DNA of 64,000 nucleotides from Escherichia coli (GTDB lineage Bacteria; Pseudomonadota; Gammaproteobacteria; Enterobacterales; Enterobacteriaceae): NCBI RefSeq assembly GCF_003790525.1, contig NZ_CP033635.1; one strand, 5' to 3'. Shown piece by piece: positions 55,794 to 64,000 of this stretch (position 1 is its first letter; each line of letters starts with the position of its first letter). The notes under the pieces were generated by a model. It saw only the letters and a program-made list of their open reading frames with translations, ran no database searches and was not told where the DNA came from. The position numbers and the translations under genes were made by a program.

Positions 55794-57131
55794 CATAAGC
55801 GCTAACTTAAGGGTTGTGGTATTACGCCTGATATGATTTAACGTGCCGATGAATTACTCTCACGATAACTGGTCAGCAATTCTGGCCCATATTGGTAAGC
55901 CCGAAGAACTGGATACTTCGGCACGTAATGCCGGGGCTCTAACCCGCCGCCGCGAAATTCGTGATGCTGCAACTCTGCTACGTCTGGGGCTGGCTTACGG
56001 CCCCGGGGGATGTCATTACGTGAAGTCACTGCATGGGCTCAGCTCCATGACGTTGCAACATTATCTGACGTGGCTCTCCTGAAGCGGCTGCGGAATGCCG
56101 CCGACTGGTTTGGCATACTTGCCGCACAAACACTTGCTGTACGCGCCGCAGTTACGGGTTGTACAAGCGGAAAGAGATTGCGTCTTGTCGATGGAACAGC
56201 AATCAGTGCGCCCGGGGGCGGCAGCGCTGAATGGCGACTACATATGGGATATGATCCTCATACCTGTCAGTTCACTGATTTTGAGCTAACCGACAGCAGA
56301 GACGCTGAACGGCTGGACCGATTTGCGCAAACGGCAGACGAGATACGCATTGCTGACCGGGGATTCGGTTCGCGTCCCGAATGTATCCGCTCACTTGCTT
56401 TTGGAGAAGCTGATTATATCGTCCGGGTTCACTGGCGAGGATTGCGCTGGTTAACTGCAGAAGGAATGCGCTTTGACATGATGGGTTTTCTGCGCGGGCT
56501 GGATTGCGGTAAGAACGGTGAAACCACTGTAATGATAGGCAATTCAGGTAATAAAAAAGCCGGAGCTCCCTTTCCGGCACGTCTCATTGCCGTATCACTT
56601 CCTCCCGAAAAAGCATTAATCAGTAAAACCCGACTGCTCAGCGAGAATCGTCGAAAAGGACGAGTAGTTCAGGCGGAAACGCTGGAAGCAGCGGGCCATG
56701 TGCTATTGCTAACATCATTACCGGAAGATGAATATTCAGCAGAGCAAGTGGCTGATTGTTACCGTCTGCGATGGCAAATTGAACTGGCTTTTAAGCGGCT
56801 CAAAAGTTTGCTGCACCTGGATGCTTTGCGTGCAAAGGAACCTGAACTCGCGAAAGCGTGGATATTTGCTAATCTACTCGCCGCATTTTTAATTGACGAC
56901 ATAATCCAGCCATCGCTGGATTTCCCCCCCAGAAGTGCCGGATCCGAAAAGAAGAACTAACTCGTTGTGGAGAATAACAAAAATGGTCATCTGGAGCTTA
57001 CAGGTGGCCATTCGTGGGACAGTATCCCTGACAGCCTACAAAACGCAATTGAAGAACGCGAGGCATCGTCTTAACGAGGCACCGAGGCGTCGCATTCTTC
57101 AGATGGTTCAACCCTTAAGTTAGCGCTTATG
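55794..57131 (+). mobile_element. Insertion sequence IS186 (IS4 family) with terminal inverted repeats and a target-site duplication
   Basis: Left IR cataagcgctaacttaagggttg (55794-55816) and right IR caacccttaagttagcgcttatg (57109-57131); flanking direct repeat gggattgctccc at 55783-55794 and 57131-57142. Confidence 0.9.
55849..56960 (+). pseudogene. insL: IS186 transposase InsL, split by a -1 frameshift in a G-run
   Basis: N-terminal 54 codons (MNYSHDNWSAIL...AYGPGG) and the 316-codon remainder (MSLREVTAWAQ...SEKKN) are in different frames; the shift is at ccccggggga (56001-56010). Confidence 0.75.
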
Positions 57132-57152
57132 GGATTGCTCCCCGCACAACGG

Positions 57153-57305
57153 CTACTTCTTCGGTTCGTAAGCGAGAACAGCCTTAAACTCAATATTACG
57201 TTCCTTCACCGTAAACTCACACAGCGAGTCTCCGACCAGAAGCGTAAATCCCAGCACCGTCAAACACAGCACTATGACTGCCACAAGGGCATATTTCGTC
57301 AGCAT
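57153..57305 (-). CDS. hokE: Hok-family type I toxin HokE
   Basis: 50 aa [50 protein letters not shown]; stop lies about 20 bp from the IS186 right end. Confidence 0.85.
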   Translation of the reverse strand: MLTKYALVAVIVLCLTVLGFTLLVGDSLCEFTVKERNIEFKAVLAYEPKK

Positions 57306-57737
57306 GTTTATATTGCCTCCATGCGAAGAAGGGACTACCATCCAAATTGTTCGGGTTTGGAGTGGCAGCCCCAGGGTTGATAGAAATATCTCCTGGGGCT
57401 TCATCTTTCCAGACCTCAAAGTTAACCTGAAACCGGAAAGCTTCAGGCACCCGCCGTTATCTTACCCTTCCTCAACAAAATAGCTGTTTATTTATACAGT
57501 AAATCCTGTTTCGGACTTCTCACTCCCCATTTGATCAACTGAAGCTGAACCCGTTTTTATCTGCACGCCTCAATCGTCAAAATTCTTCGCCGCCAGCCAA
57601 CTATGACGCAACTGGTCACATTGCAAAATGTAGCCAATTTGCTTCAGTCACCATCACCAAAAAAAGAAATATTCCAGAACTTCCGCATCTCGCCCAGTCG
57701 CTCCCACTTCTATACTGAATAGAAAACGCCAACATAA

Positions 57738-58865
<1,128 letters not shown>

Positions 58866-58930
58866 GCCGGGAATTGCCTTACAGAAGAATATCCCTGACA
58901 ATGGTGTTTTAACTTACATTTAACAATGTT

Positions 58931-59179
58931 ATGAAACACCCTTTAGAAACCTTGACCACCGCAGCAGGCATTTTGCTGATGGCTTTCCTCTCTTGCCTGC
59001 TGCTTCCCGCCCCCGCATTGGGGCTGACGCTGGCACAAAAACTGGTGACCACGTTCCATCTGATGGATCTTAGCCAGCTTTACACTTTATTGTTTTGTCT
59101 GTGGTTTTTAGTGCTGGGCGCTATTGAGTATTTTGTTCTGCGCTTTATCTGGCGACGCTGGTTCTCGCTGGCGGATTAA
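58931..59179 (+). CDS. ybdJ: Small inner-membrane protein YbdJ
   Basis: 82 aa, two hydrophobic segments. Confidence 0.8.
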
Positions 59180-59243
59180 ACGTCGATTATCGCCGAACTT
59201 CGCGGCATACTTTGCTTATTCTCCTTCGCCTAAAGGAACGTTT

Positions 59244-59627
59244 ATGGATAAGCAATCACTGCACGAAACGGCGAAACGCCTGGCTCTTGAGTTACCCTTT
59301 GTCGAGCTTTGCTGGCCTTTTGGCCCGGAGTTCGATGTTTTTAAAATTGGCGGCAAGATTTTTATGCTGTCGTCGGAGCTGCGCGGCGTCCCCTTTATCA
59401 ATCTGAAGTCCGATCCACAAAAATCCCTGCTAAATCAGCAAATATACCCAAGCATCAAGCCAGGGTATCACATGAATAAAAAGCACTGGATTTCGGTGTA
59501 TCCCGGCGAGGAAATCTCCGAAGCGTTACTTCGCGATCTGATCAACGATTCGTGGAATCTGGTGGTTGATGGTCTGGCTAAACGCGATCAAAAAAGAGTG
59601 CGTCCTGACTCAACCGTAAATCAATAG
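59244..59627 (+). CDS. ybdF: Uncharacterized protein YbdF
   Basis: About 127 aa from [13 protein letters not shown]; start chosen at the first ATG with an upstream aaaggaa RBS. Confidence 0.75.
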
Positions 59628-59705
59628 CGCATTTTTCTCGCTTACCATTTCATCTCGATCCTTGTAATCTGCTGGCACGCAAAATTACTTTCACATGGAG
59701 TCTTT

Positions 59706-60359
59706 ATGGATATCATTTCTGTCGCCTTAAAGCGTCATTCCACTAAGGCATTTGATGCCAGCAAAAAACTTACCCCGGAACAGGCCGAGCAGATAAAAAC
59801 TCTACTGCAATACAGCCCATCCAGCACCAACTCCCAGCCGTGGCATTTTATTGTTGCCAGCACGGAAGAAGGTAAAGCGCGTGTTGCCAAATCCGCTGCC
59901 GGTAATTACGTGTTCAACGAGCGTAAAATGCTTGATGCCTCGCACGTCGTGGTGTTCTGTGCAAAAACCGCGATGGACGATGCCTGGCTGAAGCTGGTTG
60001 TTGACCAGGAAGATGCCGATGGCCGCTTTGCCACGCCGGAAGCGAAAGCCGCGAACGATAAAGGTCGCAAGTTCTTCGCCGATATGCACCGTAAAGATCT
60101 GCATGATGATGCAGAGTGGATGGCAAAACAGGTTTATCTCAACGTCGGCAACTTCCTGCTCGGCGTGGCGGCGCTGGGTCTGGACGCGGTACCCATCGAA
60201 GGTTTTGACGCCGCCATCCTCGATGCAGAATTTGGTCTGAAAGAGAAAGGCTACACCAGTCTGGTAGTTGTTCCGGTGGGTCATCACAGCGTTGAAGATT
60301 TTAACGCTACGCTGCCGAAATCTCGTCTGCCGCAAAACATCACCTTAACCGAAGTGTAA
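59706..60359 (+). CDS. nfsB: Oxygen-insensitive NAD(P)H nitroreductase
   Basis: 217 aa [17 protein letters not shown]... Confidence 0.95.
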   Translation: MDIISVALKRHSTKAFDASKKLTPEQAEQIKTLLQYSPSSTNSQPWHFIVASTEEGKARVAKSAAGNYVFNERKMLDASHVVVFCAKTAMDDAWLKLVVDQEDADGRFATPEAKAANDKGRKFFADMHRKDLHDDAEWMAKQVYLNVGNFLLGVAALGLDAVPIEGFDAAILDAEFGLKEKGYTSLVVVPVGHHSVEDFNATLPKSRLPQNITLTEV

Positions 60360-60418
60360 TTCTCTCTTGCCGGGCATCTGCCCGGCTATTTCCCCTCAGA
60401 TTCTCCTGATTTGCATAA

Positions 60419-61714
<1,296 letters not shown>

Positions 61715-61733
61715 TTAAAAAAACCGCTCTCAT

Positions 61734-61764
61734 CGCATGGATGAGAGCGGACATCGTTTTGTCG
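61734..61764 (+). terminator. Hairpin terminator after ybdG
   Basis: ccgctctcat-cgcatgg-atgagagcgg perfect 10-bp stem; weak T-tract. Confidence 0.45.
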
Positions 61765-61781
61765 GATGTGGCGTGAATGCC

Positions 61782-63158
61782 TTATTTCCGACGCAGCGTT
61801 TTAAATGCCACAAACAGGAATACAATCCACACCGGCAGCAGAATCGCTGACAAGCGCATATCATCCATCGTGCACATCAGCAGCAAAATCATGCCGAGGA
61901 AGGCGATGCAGAGATAGTTGCCGAACGGATAGAGCAGCGCCTTAAACTGTGTTTCACGCCCCTGACGTCGCATCGCTGCACGAAAACGCAGATGTGCCAG
62001 ACAGATCATAATCCAGTTCAACAGCAGCGTTGCTACCACCAGCGCCATCAGCAGACCAAACGCTTTTTGCGGCAGCAGATAGTTGATTAACACCACCAGC
62101 GAAGTGATCGCTCCGGAAAGCATCAGCGAGTTAATCGGCACACCGCGACGGCTGACGCGAGTCAAAAACTTCGGCGCATTACCCTGCACAGAAAGGCCAA
62201 ACAGCATGCGGCTGTTAGAGTAAACCCCGCTGTTATACACCGATAATGATGCTACCAGAATGACGAAGTTCAGCGCAGAAGCTACCACGTTGCTGTCGAG
62301 ATTATGGAAAATCATCACAAACGGGCTACTGTTAGATTTCACTTCCACCCACGGATAGAGTGCCAGTAAAACCACCAGTGAACCGATGTAAAACAGCAGG
62401 ATGCGATACACCACCTGATTCACTGCTTTCGGGATGCTTTTTTCCGGAGCGCGCGCTTCAGCGGCAGTAATCCCAATCAGCTCCAGCCCGCCGAAGGAGA
62501 ACATAATCACCGCCAGCGACAAAATCAGCCCATTCCAGCCGGTGGCAAAAAAACCACCGTAGCGCCAGAGGTTATCGATACTGGCTTTCTCGCCGCCGTG
62601 ACCAGAAAACAGCAGCCACAGGCCAAAGCCGATCATACCGATGATCGCCAGCACTTTAATCAGCGCAAACCAGAACTCGGTTTCGCCATATAAGCGCACG
62701 TTCACCAGGTTAACGGCGTTGATGATAATAAAGAAGGCGGCAGCCCAAATCCACGTTGGAACATCCGGGAACCAGTACTGCATATAGATGCCCGCAGCGG
62801 TCAGCTCTGCCATTCCCACCAGCACGAACATTACCCAGTAGTTCCAGCCAGAGAGGAAGCCCGCAAACGGTCCCCAGTATTTATAGGCAAAGTGGGCAAA
62901 TGAACCGGATACCGGCTCCTCAACCACCATTTCGCCGAGCTGGCGCATAATCAGGAAAGCGATGATCCCGGCGACGCCGTAGCCCAGCAATACAGCCGGA
63001 CCCGCCATCTGAATCGCCGGGCCAATGCCAAGAAACAGACCAGTACCAATTGCGCCACCCAGCGCAATCAGTTGAATATGACGGTTATGTAATCCGCGAT
63101 GAAGCGTCGGCTCTTGATTCGACGCAGTATCTTCCGATACGGTTGACGCGTTTTTCAC
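61782..63158 (-). CDS. pheP: Phenylalanine-specific permease (APC family)
   Basis: 458 aa from MKNASTVSEDTASNQ. Confidence 0.9.
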   Translation of the reverse strand: MKNASTVSEDTASNQEPTLHRGLHNRHIQLIALGGAIGTGLFLGIGPAIQMAGPAVLLGYGVAGIIAFLIMRQLGEMVVEEPVSGSFAHFAYKYWGPFAGFLSGWNYWVMFVLVGMAELTAAGIYMQYWFPDVPTWIWAAAFFIIINAVNLVNVRLYGETEFWFALIKVLAIIGMIGFGLWLLFSGHGGEKASIDNLWRYGGFFATGWNGLILSLAVIMFSFGGLELIGITAAEARAPEKSIPKAVNQVVYRILLFYIGSLVVLLALYPWVEVKSNSSPFVMIFHNLDSNVVASALNFVILVASLSVYNSGVYSNSRMLFGLSVQGNAPKFLTRVSRRGVPINSLMLSGAITSLVVLINYLLPQKAFGLLMALVVATLLLNWIMICLAHLRFRAAMRRQGRETQFKALLYPFGNYLCIAFLGMILLLMCTMDDMRLSAILLPVWIVFLFVAFKTLRRK

Positions 63159-63259
63159 GCCTTTCCCCTGTGTGTCTTTTTTGTTGAGGGGCACCTTTTA
63201 ACATTTAGTGCCCATCGTCGCAAGACACAATCCACACGGTTAAACGGGGTATCCTGCTT

Positions 63260-64000
63260 TTATTTCCGTACCCGATGTCGGTGCAGCCACATCAGCTTAT
63301 ACGCCGCCGGGATAATAAACAGCGATAGCAAAGGCGCGGTGATCATGCCGCCAATCATCGGCGCGGCAATCCGGCTCATCACCTCTGAACCTGCTCCCGT
63401 TCCCCACAGAATCGGCAGCAGACCGGCGATAATCACCGCCACCGTCATCGCTTTCGGGCGCACGCGCAGGACCGCGCCGTGATACAACGCCTCATCCAGC
63501 TTCTGCTCGCTGAATGTTTGCGGATTATTCAACGACGGCTCGGCCTCTATGGCGTGACGTAAATACATCAGCATCACCACGCCAAATTCGGCGGCGACCC
63601 CGGCAAGGGCAATAAAACCGGTGCCCGTCGCCACGGAAAGATGAAAGCCCATCCACCACAGCAACCAGATGCCGCCCACCAGCGCAAACGGTACGCTGCT
63701 GATAATCAGCAACGCTTCGCCCACCCGACGGAACGCCAGATACAACAGCACGAAGATGATCATCAGCGTCATCGGCACCATCAGTTTCAGCTTATGGTTG
63801 GCGCGCTCCAGTAGCTCGAACTGCCCGGAGAATGCCACGCTGGTGCCCGGTTTTAACTGCACTTTTTCAGCTATCGCTTTTTGCAGATCGTGAACCACCG
63901 ACACCATGTCACGATCGCGGGCATCGATATAAATCCAGCTCGTCGGGCGCGCATTCTCGGTTTTCAGCATCGACGGTCCGGTAGAGACTTTAACGTCGGC
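63260..64000 (-). CDS. cusA: Copper/silver RND efflux pump CusA, C-terminal part (5' end outside the window)
   Basis: Frame open to the window edge; C-terminus ...[13 protein letters not shown]. Confidence 0.85.

Overview
This window is an Escherichia coli chromosomal segment (K-12-like, roughly the 13-14 min region, in reverse orientation to the usual numbering), almost fully coding, with about 60 recognisable genes and one insertion sequence. Gene identities rest on ORF length and on recognising the translated products from memory; no search was run. Order: mrdA (3' end)-mrdB-rlpA-dacA-ybeD-lipB-ybeF-lipA, tatE, ybeM, crcB, cspE, pagP, dcuC, dpiBA divergent from citCDEFXG-citT, rna, rnk, uspG, ahpCF, dsbG, the AT-rich ybdO-ybdN-ybdM island, ybdL, ybdH, cstA-ybdD, the complete enterobactin cluster (entH-entA-entB-entE-entC, fepB, entS, fepDGC, fepE, entF-ybdZ-fes, fepA-entD), an IS186 copy, hokE, ybdK, ybdJ, ybdF, nfsB, ybdG, pheP and the 3' end of cusA. 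No rRNA, tRNA, CRISPR array or prophage was seen. Nothing here is a clearly novel system; the best candidate for an under-described one is the ybdO-ybdN-ybdM island (PP-loop ATP pyrophosphatase plus ParB-like protein). Other points worth a second look are an in-frame amber codon in ybdL, a -1 frameshift in the IS186 transposase, no ybdR between rnk and uspG, and an apparently intact ybeM.
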